In this document: positions 39,467-47,880 of the stretch, in pieces
Layout: every line of letters starts with the position of its first letter
How positions within the stretch are numbered: the first letter of the stretch is position 1
Made by a program: the position numbers and the translations under genes
Assembly: GCA_964444505.1 (NCBI GenBank)
Contig: CAYUHF010000007.1
Span: forward strand, 6,720-70,719
Length of the DNA: 64,000 bases
Source: an uncultured Methanosarcinales archaeon
GTDB lineage: Archaea; Nanobdellota; Nanobdellia; Woesearchaeales; JAGVZT01
Direction of reading: 5' to 3'
The notes under the pieces: generated by a model
Database searches by the model: none
Told to the model about the DNA's origin: nothing
What the model saw: only the letters and a program-made list of their open reading frames with translations

Positions 39467-40809
39467 TCAAGATTGGAAAAGATCCGTATCTAAAAAAAGA
39501 AATACACAAAGTTCTCTTTGATGACCGTCCCAAGGTTCAGTACTTTAACCAGTCTGATGTTTATCTTGGCCATCCGAGTTCAAATATTGCTGTTGCATTT
39601 ATTTACACCTGGAAAGATGACCACCCTCCAGAACATGTCAAAAAGTTCATGGAAAAACTCTCAAACTACGCATATATTTCTGGTTTCTGGCGAACCACAA
39701 ATGGTGCCAGGTATGTGTTTTCTAATATTCTTGCAAATCCTAATGTGAACAAGCTTTTTGTTTTTGTGTTTGACTACAAGGACAATGGTCATGCTCTTGT
39801 GAATGCCTTGAAAAACTTCTGGAAAAACGGGATAAGAAATGACGGCACAATAAAGGGCTCAATTGCACAAAACCCCAAGTTTGAGCAGATACCTCATGAT
39901 GCACTCCAGAGGATAAGAAAACAGTGTGATCTGGTTGTGGTTGATAAGATAGACAAAAAAGAGTTTGGCAAGATTGAATATATGGTGAAAAACTCAATTA
40001 ATGAGCCAAAAAATCCTGTCAATCTGGAAGAGTGTGAGCTTTCGCCTGTGTTTATTTCAAATGTTGTTGATAAAAAAATTCTTTATGATGATGGAGCCAG
40101 GTTTAAGGAACCATACCACATTGATCTGTCACAGAATGCCTCAACTGTGGAATACAGGGAGAGAAATCTTTCAAATGTTCTTGGCCAGTCTATCCAGGCA
40201 GAAACCCTTGATGAAGCACTGAAATCTGCTGTTGCCTTTATTTTCAAGAATGGTTCTGTTCATGTTGATGACAGGGGGATTATTACAATTGAGTGCAGAA
40301 GCTTTACAGTTACTATTACTGATGCTCTATCAAAAGTGCCTGATGGTTTTTCAAATGGCTATATTAAAAATTATGTTGAAGAGTTTATGGAAGGGCCCAA
40401 AAACCCTATGGAGTACAATTATCACGAGAGAATCTTCAAGCGATGGGGAAATCAGGTAGAAAGAGTTGTTGAGATGCTTGAGGATCATTCTTCAACACGG
40501 AGGATGGTTATTTCTCTTTGGGACCAGAAAAGTGATCTTGAGAATCCGTGTCCCCCTTGCCTTGATATTATCTGGGTGTGCATTCGAAATGACAAGCTGG
40601 AGATGCATGTTTTGTTCAGGAGTCATCATATAGCTACTGTTACAGAGGATGGAAAACTGATGAAAGGCGAGGGTGCTTTTGTTCCAAATATTATTGCACT
40701 TGTTAATCTCCAGAATTACATTGCCAAGAAACTGGAAGTGGAGAGAGGTGCTTTTGTTTTGTCTGAGTTTTCGGGTCATTTATACACAAGCAAGGTGAAA
40801 AATGGGTAA
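39463..40809 (+). CDS. thymidylate synthase-fold enzyme (ThyA/dUMP hydroxymethylase family) with ~210-aa N-terminal domain of unknown function
   Basis: The C-terminal half aligns to the ThyA core: RRMVISLWDQ..NPCPPCLDIIWVC..LFRSHHIA..GAFVPNIIALVNL..GHLY. This corresponds to SRR..W, PPCH, YQRSxD, PFNIASYALL and GDAHIY. Start and stop overlap the neighbouring genes. Confidence 0.6.
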   Translation: MIKIGKDPYLKKEIHKVLFDDRPKVQYFNQSDVYLGHPSSNIAVAFIYTWKDDHPPEHVKKFMEKLSNYAYISGFWRTTNGARYVFSNILANPNVNKLFVFVFDYKDNGHALVNALKNFWKNGIRNDGTIKGSIAQNPKFEQIPHDALQRIRKQCDLVVVDKIDKKEFGKIEYMVKNSINEPKNPVNLEECELSPVFISNVVDKKILYDDGARFKEPYHIDLSQNASTVEYRERNLSNVLGQSIQAETLDEALKSAVAFIFKNGSVHVDDRGIITIECRSFTVTITDALSKVPDGFSNGYIKNYVEEFMEGPKNPMEYNYHERIFKRWGNQVERVVEMLEDHSSTRRMVISLWDQKSDLENPCPPCLDIIWVCIRNDKLEMHVLFRSHHIATVTEDGKLMKGEGAFVPNIIALVNLQNYIAKKLEVERGAFVLSEFSGHLYTSKVKNG

Positions 40810-41461
40810 ACTAATTGTTCTAGAGGGATTGGATGGTTCTGGTAAGCTGACGCAGCTGAAGATGCTGAAAGAGAGACTTATTAAAGATGGTTATCCTGTT
40901 GACACTTTTGACTTTCCCCAGTATGATTCTTTTTTTGGTGCTCTTGTGGGTAAATACCTGCGGGGTGAATTTGGTTCTATGGTTGAACTTCCAGTTGAGA
41001 TTCCGACTCTGTTGTATGCTCTTGACAGGTACTATGTGAGGGATGATATTGAAGAGTCTCTTGAGGAAAATATTGTTCTTCTTAATAGATACACTCCTTC
41101 AAATACCTGTTTTCAGGGTGCAAAGCTTAAGGGTAAGGACCGAGACAAGTTTATCAAGTGGGTTGGTGCTGTCGAGGCAAGGCTTCCACGACCTGACCTT
41201 GTGCTGTTTCTTGATGTTCCAAGATATATTGCAAGAAATCTAATTGGAAACAAGGATCTTAGAAAGTACCTGAATGGAAAAAAGCAGGATATTCATGAGA
41301 AAAATGATCCTTACCAGGAAGAGGTTGAGAGTCTTTACAGAAGACTTGTGAGGGAGAGGAAAAACTGGATCGGTATCAAATGTGTTGAGTATGACCTACT
41401 GCTAAAGGTGGAGGAAATTCATGATAAAATATGGAAGGTAGTAAAACGGGAGTTAGGGTAG
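40802..41461 (+). CDS. tmk: thymidylate kinase
   Basis: IVLEGLDGSGKLTQ P-loop, ALDRYY (DRY motif) and an LNRYTPS lid. Confidence 0.8.
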   Translation: MGKLIVLEGLDGSGKLTQLKMLKERLIKDGYPVDTFDFPQYDSFFGALVGKYLRGEFGSMVELPVEIPTLLYALDRYYVRDDIEESLEENIVLLNRYTPSNTCFQGAKLKGKDRDKFIKWVGAVEARLPRPDLVLFLDVPRYIARNLIGNKDLRKYLNGKKQDIHEKNDPYQEEVESLYRRLVRERKNWIGIKCVEYDLLLKVEEIHDKIWKVVKRELG

Positions 41462-42111
41462 AATTTGTTGGGCCAAAGTGCAGCGGAAAGAGTGTTCTTC
41501 TGAAGGCACTAAAATGCTGGTCATTGCAGCAAGGGCTAGGAATAGTTGACATGGAGAGCTATTGGAAGAGATATCAAAGGTATCCTGAGTTTGATGATTC
41601 ATTTGCTAGTTTATATGATGTTGTTTTGACTGTGGAACCAACATGGGTTGGTGCTGGCAGATCTATAAGGGAGAGATTTGGCGGTGAGTACCAGGAGGTT
41701 TTGCTTCCTGGCAAGAGTGCTCAGGACAGAGGAGATCATTATGGTAGTCTTATAGAACCTGCTCTTGAAAATGGTTTTTATGTTTTCCAGGAAGGCGGAC
41801 TTGCAGAGGATATAGTAAGGTGGGGTGTAGATGTTCTTGATTTTCAGGGAAACCAGATATCAATGCAAAGACATCCTGATTATGTTTTCTTGACAAGGTG
41901 CAGTCCGATTACTGCTGCGCTAAGGATAGACAAGGAGACATGTTCAAACAGAGGCACTTACAGTATTGATGAGATTGTTAAAGAGCATCAGGCATACAGG
42001 ATGGTTGAAGAAGCTGGTATTTATGACAATCTTATTGTTTTTGACACTGAAGATTCAGTTCTCAATACCAAAATGAAGATTATTGAAATGTGGGAAAGCT
42101 TGGTTGAGTGA
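41431..42111 (+). CDS. Tmk-like P-loop nucleotide kinase (divergent paralog A)
   Basis: GPKCSGKS P-loop plus VEPTWVGAGRSIRE, which matches KEPTQNYVGRAISE in 42695..43372. Confidence 0.5.
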   Translation: MEGSKTGVRVEFVGPKCSGKSVLLKALKCWSLQQGLGIVDMESYWKRYQRYPEFDDSFASLYDVVLTVEPTWVGAGRSIRERFGGEYQEVLLPGKSAQDRGDHYGSLIEPALENGFYVFQEGGLAEDIVRWGVDVLDFQGNQISMQRHPDYVFLTRCSPITAALRIDKETCSNRGTYSIDEIVKEHQAYRMVEEAGIYDNLIVFDTEDSVLNTKMKIIEMWESLVE

Positions 42112-42232
42112 TTCTTGTACAAAGAATAGTCTCCATATAGCAACTCTGTTTGTGGAATCCTCCAAATAGTTCTTTGATTGCCAGCCATTCGATTGGAACC
42201 ATTATGCACAAAGCTTTATTATCTTTAGCCAG

Positions 42233-42600
42233 CCTACCTCGGCACAGACGGCCACTTGCGTGTGTCCTATTCCATTAACCTTGTGTATTCGGTTAATTCC
42301 ATCTGGCCAAGGCTGGCCATAGAGGGATTCCTAAATATTATTGGAGCTGTCTTTTATGAATAATTCTTAGGGATAGAAATTAAATACCATGGCTTAATAT
42401 GGTGATGTCAACTATTTCTTTCGATCTAATTTTATCCTTTTTTTGGTCGCTTGCAGTATTTGAGCAAGCTATGCACGTTTGCTTGTGCACTGCACAACCT
42501 CGGCAAGGCATTATGAGTTTTCTGCAGAAATAAGAAGTTCCTGGCCAGATGGAGTTAAACGGAATAGGCCATACGCAAATGGCCGTCTGTGCCAGGTAGG
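42233..42600. repeat. MITE-like element bounded by ~20-bp inverted repeats
   Basis: cctacctcggcacagacgg (42233..42251) matches the reverse complement of ccgtctgtgccaggtagg (42583..42600). The interior contains a TGGCCA-AGGC-TGGCCA hairpin and a ggtcgcttgca motif. Confidence 0.35.
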
Positions 42601-42694
42601 AATTTCCAATAAACATTTTGCTAACAACAATACAACCTCACATAACTTGACACAACCTAAAACTATATAAACTCGAAATACCAATTAGTTCTCT

Positions 42695-43372
42695 ATGGGG
42701 AAATTTGTGATTGTAGATGGTATTGACGGCTCTGGAAAAGGGGCTGTTATGGATGCTTTCAGGGAGTGGACAGAAGAAAAGGAACTCTCATCTATTGATG
42801 TTAGTGAGTACTGCAGAAAACATGAGACTTTCCCGGATATTTCTGAGTATGATGTTGTTTTTTCAAAGGAGCCTACCCAGAATTATGTTGGAAGGGCAAT
42901 TTCTGAAGAGTTTATAAAAGATAGAAGCTATAGTGTTACTTCTACTGCATGGGCTTTTGCTCTTGACAGGGAGATTTTGTACAAAAAAGTTATTATTCCT
43001 GCTCTCAAGGCTGACAAGTTTATTTTCCAGGAAAGAGGTATAACAACGTCTCTTGTTTACCAGCCAGTGCAGGGGAGAATAACCTTAAAGGAACTGATTG
43101 GTATTCCTGGAAACAGGCTTGCCATAAAAAACCAGCCTGATCTTGTTATTGTGACAAAGGTTGAACCCAAGGTTGTTATCCAGAGGATGAGGGTTTCGGG
43201 CAAGCTTGGTTCTGACAGGTTCAGTGAACTGAATTTCCAGAGAAAGATTGACCAGAGATATTCAAGTCCGTGGTTAAGAAAGGTTTTTTCTGACAAGATA
43301 AGGTATATTGATACAAATCCTCCGAATACTGTTAGTGACACCAAGAAAAAGGCAATTGAATATGCTTTCTGA
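42695..43372 (+). CDS. Tmk-like P-loop nucleotide kinase (divergent paralog B)
   Basis: IVDGIDGSGKG P-loop, ALDRE motif and QERGITTSLVYQ. Confidence 0.55.
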   Translation: MGKFVIVDGIDGSGKGAVMDAFREWTEEKELSSIDVSEYCRKHETFPDISEYDVVFSKEPTQNYVGRAISEEFIKDRSYSVTSTAWAFALDREILYKKVIIPALKADKFIFQERGITTSLVYQPVQGRITLKELIGIPGNRLAIKNQPDLVIVTKVEPKVVIQRMRVSGKLGSDRFSELNFQRKIDQRYSSPWLRKVFSDKIRYIDTNPPNTVSDTKKKAIEYAF

Positions 43373-44021
43373 GATCTTTGGTTCAAGTGGTGTAGTTCTG
43401 TCTCACAGAATACCGATCATTGATGGGTCTAAGACAAAAATAGAAGTTTCTTCTGGAAGTAGTTACTGGGGTCTATCTGATATTCTTGATGCAATTGACA
43501 AGGTGCATTCAGAAAATCATGATAAGCATGTACCTTCCAGTTTTGTTGATGGTAATGTTATGGCTCCAGAATGGGACATTCCAATAGGACTGCCCAGCCT
43601 TGATCATGTGCTGCAGGAGAATAATAATTACCCCACTCTTGACAGGGTTATTGATGAGTATCCTGAGATACTGCAGTATGCTGCTGCCAATATTTATAGG
43701 GTTGAGAGATTTGAGCAGTACAACGAGAACACTATTTACTCTTATTTTTCACAGGAAAACGAGAGCTACTATCTTTTCACTCCTGACTGGGTGACTGTTG
43801 TGAGGGCATCGCAGGCTGAACTTGGACATGGTGTTCTGGGATTGGCTATGCCTGGAACTAATGTCATCAAGATTCTTGATACATTGTATGGAAATGACTA
43901 TGTTGAGGTAAAGCAGCATGAACTACTGCACATTTTTTTCCCGCACAAGTCAGAGCCTGAGATAAGAAAAATGACTCCCTGGCACCTGAATTTTCTCCCA
44001 AAATTCCACAAGGCGCAGTAA
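43362..44021 (+). CDS. hypothetical protein with HELLH (HExxH) motif
   Basis: VKQHELLHIFFPHKSEPE. The start is taken at MLSEIF, overlapping the upstream kinase gene. Confidence 0.4.
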   Translation: MLSEIFGSSGVVLSHRIPIIDGSKTKIEVSSGSSYWGLSDILDAIDKVHSENHDKHVPSSFVDGNVMAPEWDIPIGLPSLDHVLQENNNYPTLDRVIDEYPEILQYAAANIYRVERFEQYNENTIYSYFSQENESYYLFTPDWVTVVRASQAELGHGVLGLAMPGTNVIKILDTLYGNDYVEVKQHELLHIFFPHKSEPEIRKMTPWHLNFLPKFHKAQ

Positions 44022-44024
44022 ACT

Positions 44025-44321
44025 CTATTTCAAAGAGCTCTTCACAAGGTGCAGTATAAGTGCAATGTTTAACAAGACTACACCTACACCAACCAGCACT
44101 GCATCTGTTGGGAAAAATCTCATCAGGAAAAGCACAAACCCAAGTCCAATTACAAAAACACCCAGCAAAAGAAAAAACATCCCTGCTATTGACAGGGCAA
44201 TCATTTTCTGGATTGTTTTTATCCTGTGCATGAGCCGCATTTCTGCTCTTTGTACTGATCTGTCAAGTATGTTTCCAAGCTCTGCAATAATATCTGTTAA
44301 AGCCTGGAGAACTCCAATCAT
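44025..44321 (-). CDS. small membrane protein (2 TM)
   Basis: Two hydrophobic helices; 98 aa. Confidence 0.35.
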   Translation of the reverse strand: MIGVLQALTDIIAELGNILDRSVQRAEMRLMHRIKTIQKMIALSIAGMFFLLLGVFVIGLGFVLFLMRFFPTDAVLVGVGVVLLNIALILHLVKSSLK

Positions 44322-44509
44322 CTTTTTCTCCGAAGTAAAGACAGTGCCAGTGCTCCTGCAAGCACTCCTGCGCCAAAAGATATTGCAAGTGCTTCTTTTG
44401 GTTTTTCTGATACTTTTCCTTCCAGGTCCTTTTCTAGTTTTGTAATCTTTTGTTTTAAAGCATCTATCCGCTCTTCTATTACATCTTTATTTACAACTGA
44501 TTTTGCCAT
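44318..44509 (-). CDS. small coiled-coil protein with C-terminal TM
   Basis: 63 aa; translationally coupled to 44025..44321. Confidence 0.3.
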   Translation of the reverse strand: MAKSVVNKDVIEERIDALKQKITKLEKDLEGKVSEKPKEALAISFGAGVLAGALALSLLRRKR

Positions 44510-44639
44510 AAATTATCCCCCCATGTTGTATCTATATTATAATGGTACTACTTATAAACTTTTTGTTTAATTTGTTGTCACTGGAGTAGTCGAATTACTG
44601 GGCTAAATATCATAAGCAAATTATTTATAGAGAGAAACT

Positions 44640-45065
44640 TTGATGTGTTTTATGCAAGGTATTGATACTGCTGTGAAAGCAATAATCATGAGGGATAATA
44701 GGGTTCTTATTCTAAAAGCAGAGGATAATGGTATTTTATGGACAGATCTTCCTGGAGGAAGGATGGAATACGGTGAATCACCGACTGAAGCACTTAAGAG
44801 AGAAGTAAGAGAAGAAACAACACTTGATATTGAAGTTGGAGATATTTTAGGTGCATGGTGGTTTTTCCGATCTCTTGATGGTTCACAGGTTATCTGCATT
44901 ACATATCTTTGTGATTCAGTTGGTGAGGTTGATATCACATGCAATCCTGCTGATGAAGATGTATGCAGCTACGAGTGGGTCGATATTGATGATCTAGATA
45001 GTCTGAAGAACCTTCCTCATGAAAGTATAAAAGAGATTTTCAGAAAGATCAAAGATATGCATTGA
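44640..45065 (+). CDS. NUDIX hydrolase
   Basis: Nudix box GGRMEYGESPTEALKREVREETTL. Confidence 0.8.
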   Translation: MMCFMQGIDTAVKAIIMRDNRVLILKAEDNGILWTDLPGGRMEYGESPTEALKREVREETTLDIEVGDILGAWWFFRSLDGSQVICITYLCDSVGEVDITCNPADEDVCSYEWVDIDDLDSLKNLPHESIKEIFRKIKDMH

Positions 45066-45351
45066 TTTTTTTCTTAAGTATTGTTCTTAGTTCGGGGTCG
45101 TTGTAAGAGTAAGTGTCTGGGATACTCAGGTTTATTATTCTGTTCATGTTGTAGAGTTTGGGAAACTCTCTTTCTATCGTCCTCCTGTGCCATGATTCCA
45201 TCACAAAAACAACATCTGCCCACTCCAGCTGCTTTTTTGTGATATAGTTGTTTAGAATTCCAGCTGAGTCAACATTGTGCTTATCTTTAAAGAGGTCTTC
45301 TGCTGTCTTGCTCCTGTGCTGGTTCATGGAACAGACGAATAATAGGTTCAT
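45049..45351 (-). CDS. LMW protein-tyrosine phosphatase / ArsC-like (short)
   Basis: LLFVCSMNQHRS (CX5R(S) P-loop) with a downstream DP motif. The start is taken at MNLLFVC. Confidence 0.5.
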   Translation of the reverse strand: MNLLFVCSMNQHRSKTAEDLFKDKHNVDSAGILNNYITKKQLEWADVVFVMESWHRRTIEREFPKLYNMNRIINLSIPDTYSYNDPELRTILKKKINAYL

Positions 45352-45388
45352 ATTAATATTATTGTGTGTCTTGTTTAAATAGTTTTTG

Positions 45389-45955
45389 TTAATGATAACC
45401 GCAGGAAGCAAGAGACCTTTTTTCTTTAGAGATTTTTGCCAGTCTTTCCACATGTCTAATTTTTTCATCAAGTCGCATATCTCCTGATCCAAAAAAATAA
45501 CATTCTGAGTCTTTACAATGCTCAACAAGATGGATATGCTTTGCTTCATGATTTCCGACAATTCTTGCTAGATAAAAACCATTAGAAGTATCTAATCCAT
45601 AAGAAGAACAAATAACCTCACCACTCCACTGCTTTCCCCTGGTATACTTGTCTCGGACATTTATACCAAGAACTGCTTCATGACCTTTATGATCAAAAAA
45701 GGGCATGTCTGTGATGGTAAGTCTCCAATAGTCTGTTAATCCTCTTGTTGCAGCAAGACATCTTAAGTAATTTTCCAACCGGTCTCCTTTCAATTGCTGC
45801 ACTCTCGTCTCAAGATCAACAATATCAATTGTGTCTGGCTCTATTCTAAATTTGTATCCAATTTCTCCTGCTTTTTCTGTGAATCCCACAATGTAGCCGT
45901 TTACAGTATCAGTATTCACGTTTGGACTAATGTTTAGTTTTAATCTCATATCCAT
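45389..45955 (-). CDS. hypothetical protein with GNHE (metallophosphoesterase-like) motif
   Basis: IVGNHEAKH. The C-terminal end overlaps the out-of-frame 45049..45561 ORF, so a frameshift or fusion is possible. Confidence 0.35.
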   Translation of the reverse strand: MDMRLKLNISPNVNTDTVNGYIVGFTEKAGEIGYKFRIEPDTIDIVDLETRVQQLKGDRLENYLRCLAATRGLTDYWRLTITDMPFFDHKGHEAVLGINVRDKYTRGKQWSGEVICSSYGLDTSNGFYLARIVGNHEAKHIHLVEHCKDSECYFFGSGDMRLDEKIRHVERLAKISKEKRSLASCGYH

Positions 45956-46047
45956 AGTATTTGAAAACTATTATTTAAAATTTATTATTTAATAGTAATT
46001 ACACCTTTTGAAAACTCTTATAAATAAGGTTATCAGTTTTTGAAATC

Positions 46048-46593
46048 ATGTATTTTGTCACTGGAAATCCCGGAAAGTTTAGAGAAGCCAAAGAGATTAT
46101 TCCAGAGCTCAAGCAGATTGAGCTTGATTTGACAGAGATTCAGGAGTTTGATATGCAGAAGATTGTCAAGGCAAAACTAATTGAAGCTTCCAAAAAAGTT
46201 GAGGGTGAAGTTGTGGTTGAGGATACTGGACTTTTTCTTGATTGTCTGAATGGTCTTCCAGGTCCTATGATCAAGTGGTTTTTGAAAAGAGTCGGCAACA
46301 AGGGTTTGTTTGAGATTTGTGATAGTCTGGGTCAATATGGTGCTAAGGCTAAGACAGTTGTAGGATTGTATGATGATGATTTTCATTTTTATGAAGGTTG
46401 TGTCAGGGGAAAGATTGTTTCTCCTAGAGGAGAGGGTTTTGGGTGGGATCCTGTTTTCCAGCCTGAAGGTTATTCTAAAACTTTTGGTGAGATTGGTTTT
46501 AAGAATGATATTAGTATGAGAAGGAAGGCTTTTGAAAAGTTATGGACAGACCGGGACTTTCAAGACGACAAGTCTCAAAAAGGCCATGCATAG
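46048..46593 (+). CDS. non-canonical purine NTP pyrophosphatase (Ham1/ITPase)
   Basis: Ham1 family; the N-terminus is MYFVTGNPGKFRE. Confidence 0.85.
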   Translation: MYFVTGNPGKFREAKEIIPELKQIELDLTEIQEFDMQKIVKAKLIEASKKVEGEVVVEDTGLFLDCLNGLPGPMIKWFLKRVGNKGLFEICDSLGQYGAKAKTVVGLYDDDFHFYEGCVRGKIVSPRGEGFGWDPVFQPEGYSKTFGEIGFKNDISMRRKAFEKLWTDRDFQDDKSQKGHA

Positions 46594-46782
46594 CCTGAAA
46601 CTCAGCCGTCTTTTGAACCCGGGGCCTCCCGCCAGCCAAGCGGGCATTCTGCCAGGCTGAACTATCTGCCCATGAAGTAAATGTATTTTGTTTCTCTTTT
46701 AAATTTTTGCTTCCGAGTCCAAATGGAATCACAACATGGCCAGACAGAGCTCTTGAAGAGTGGAGTAGGGCATCTTGGATGA

Positions 46783-46807
46783 CCGTCTGTGCCAAGGGGT
46801 GGGATTC
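46783..46807. repeat. copy of conserved intergenic element CCGTCTGTGCCAAGG(N)GGTGGGATTC
   Basis: The same ~25-28-nt element occurs at 42583..42605, 63128..63154 and, inverted, at 42233..42253. Confidence 0.4.
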
Positions 46808-46957
46808 AAAAATTTCTTTTTCTATACCAGTCTTAATACTTTAGAGGTCGCTTGCACTGTACAAAAAGTGAACTGCGACAGCTCAAGTTTCCCCAAGCAA
46901 ATTTTCCAAATCGAAATCTTTATAAATATTGAATCAGTAAATTATCTAAAAAAGAGT

Positions 46958-47506
46958 ATGAAACAGATTTTTGAACTGACAATTATTGGACGTGGAGGCC
47001 AGGGCGCAAAAACAGCTTCTGAGGTATTGGCTATGGGGGCCCTTAGAAAAGGGAAGTATATCCAATCTTTTTCTGAATATGGTGCTGAGAGAGGTGGGGC
47101 ACCAATATTCAGCTATGTCCGTATCAGTAATGATCCTATTACTATCCACACTAGTGTTCTTAATCCTGATGTGGTTGTTGTGATTGATGACTCTCTTCTT
47201 CATCTTGCTCCTGAATTTGACGGGAAATTAATTGTCAATACTGCACAATCAGATGATTTTGTCAAAAATGAAACTGGCCATACAGGTAAAGTTTTTACTA
47301 TTGACGCTACTTCGATTTCAGTTGATATTCTGGGGAGAAATATTCCAAACACCCCGACACTAGGTGCTATTGCACGTGTATCAGATATTTTGCCAAAGAA
47401 TATTATTGTTGAAGAGCTTAGAAACAAGCTTGAAAAAAAGATAGGCAAAGAGTTAATGGATAGAAATATTGAATGTCTTAACAGGGCTTATGAGGAAGTA
47501 AAATGA
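46958..47506 (+). CDS. porG: pyruvate/2-oxoacid:ferredoxin oxidoreductase gamma subunit
   Basis: IIGRGGQGAKTA motif. ATG start at 46958, preceded by ctttataaata. Confidence 0.85.
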   Translation: MKQIFELTIIGRGGQGAKTASEVLAMGALRKGKYIQSFSEYGAERGGAPIFSYVRISNDPITIHTSVLNPDVVVVIDDSLLHLAPEFDGKLIVNTAQSDDFVKNETGHTGKVFTIDATSISVDILGRNIPNTPTLGAIARVSDILPKNIIVEELRNKLEKKIGKELMDRNIECLNRAYEEVK

Positions 47507-47880
47507 GTAAAAAAGCAAGTGGTTTTTTATCTGCGTCAGGAAAGGCCAAGGGATGGAAAGATATCCCAAAGGCAGGTCTTGTTGTAGATGCAGGAAATTC
47601 TGAAGAGTATTTTACAGGAGGGTGGAGAACTTTCAGGCCTCTTGTTGACAAGAAGAGATGCATAAACTGCATGAGGTGCTGGATTATGTGTCCGGACAGT
47701 GCAATCTATGCCAAGGAAGGAAACATGGAAGGTTTTGATTATGATCACTGCAAGGGCTGCGGCATCTGCAAAGAGGTCTGCCCTGTCAAATGTATTAAGA
47801 TGGTTAAGGAAGATGGTTTTGAAAGTGATGATTTTGATGAAAAGGGAAGAACTGAGACGGTGGAGATAAATGAAGATTAA
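47503..47880 (+). CDS. porD: pyruvate:ferredoxin oxidoreductase delta subunit (2x[4Fe-4S] ferredoxin)
   Basis: Ferredoxin-type cysteine motifs CINCMRCWIMCP and CKGCGICKEVCP. Confidence 0.85.
   Translation: MSKKASGFLSASGKAKGWKDIPKAGLVVDAGNSEEYFTGGWRTFRPLVDKKRCINCMRCWIMCPDSAIYAKEGNMEGFDYDHCKGCGICKEVCPVKCIKMVKEDGFESDDFDEKGRTETVEINED

Noticed and set aside
39463-40100. DHFR-TS fusion for the N-terminal half of the ThyA-fold protein
   Set aside because: The N-terminal 210 aa lack DHFR glycine-rich and LPW motifs. I treat it as a novel domain instead.
45049-45561. Full 170-aa ORF as a single LMW-PTP gene
   Set aside because: Its first 70 codons overlap the GNHE-motif gene out of frame and show no phosphatase similarity. 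The start was moved to MNLLFVC at 45351, and the possible frameshift is flagged as a finding.
46775-46957. N-terminal extension of the porG ORF from a TTG start at 46775
   Set aside because: The extension only reads through the conserved intergenic element. ATG 46958, preceded by a TATA-like box, gives a PorG of normal length.
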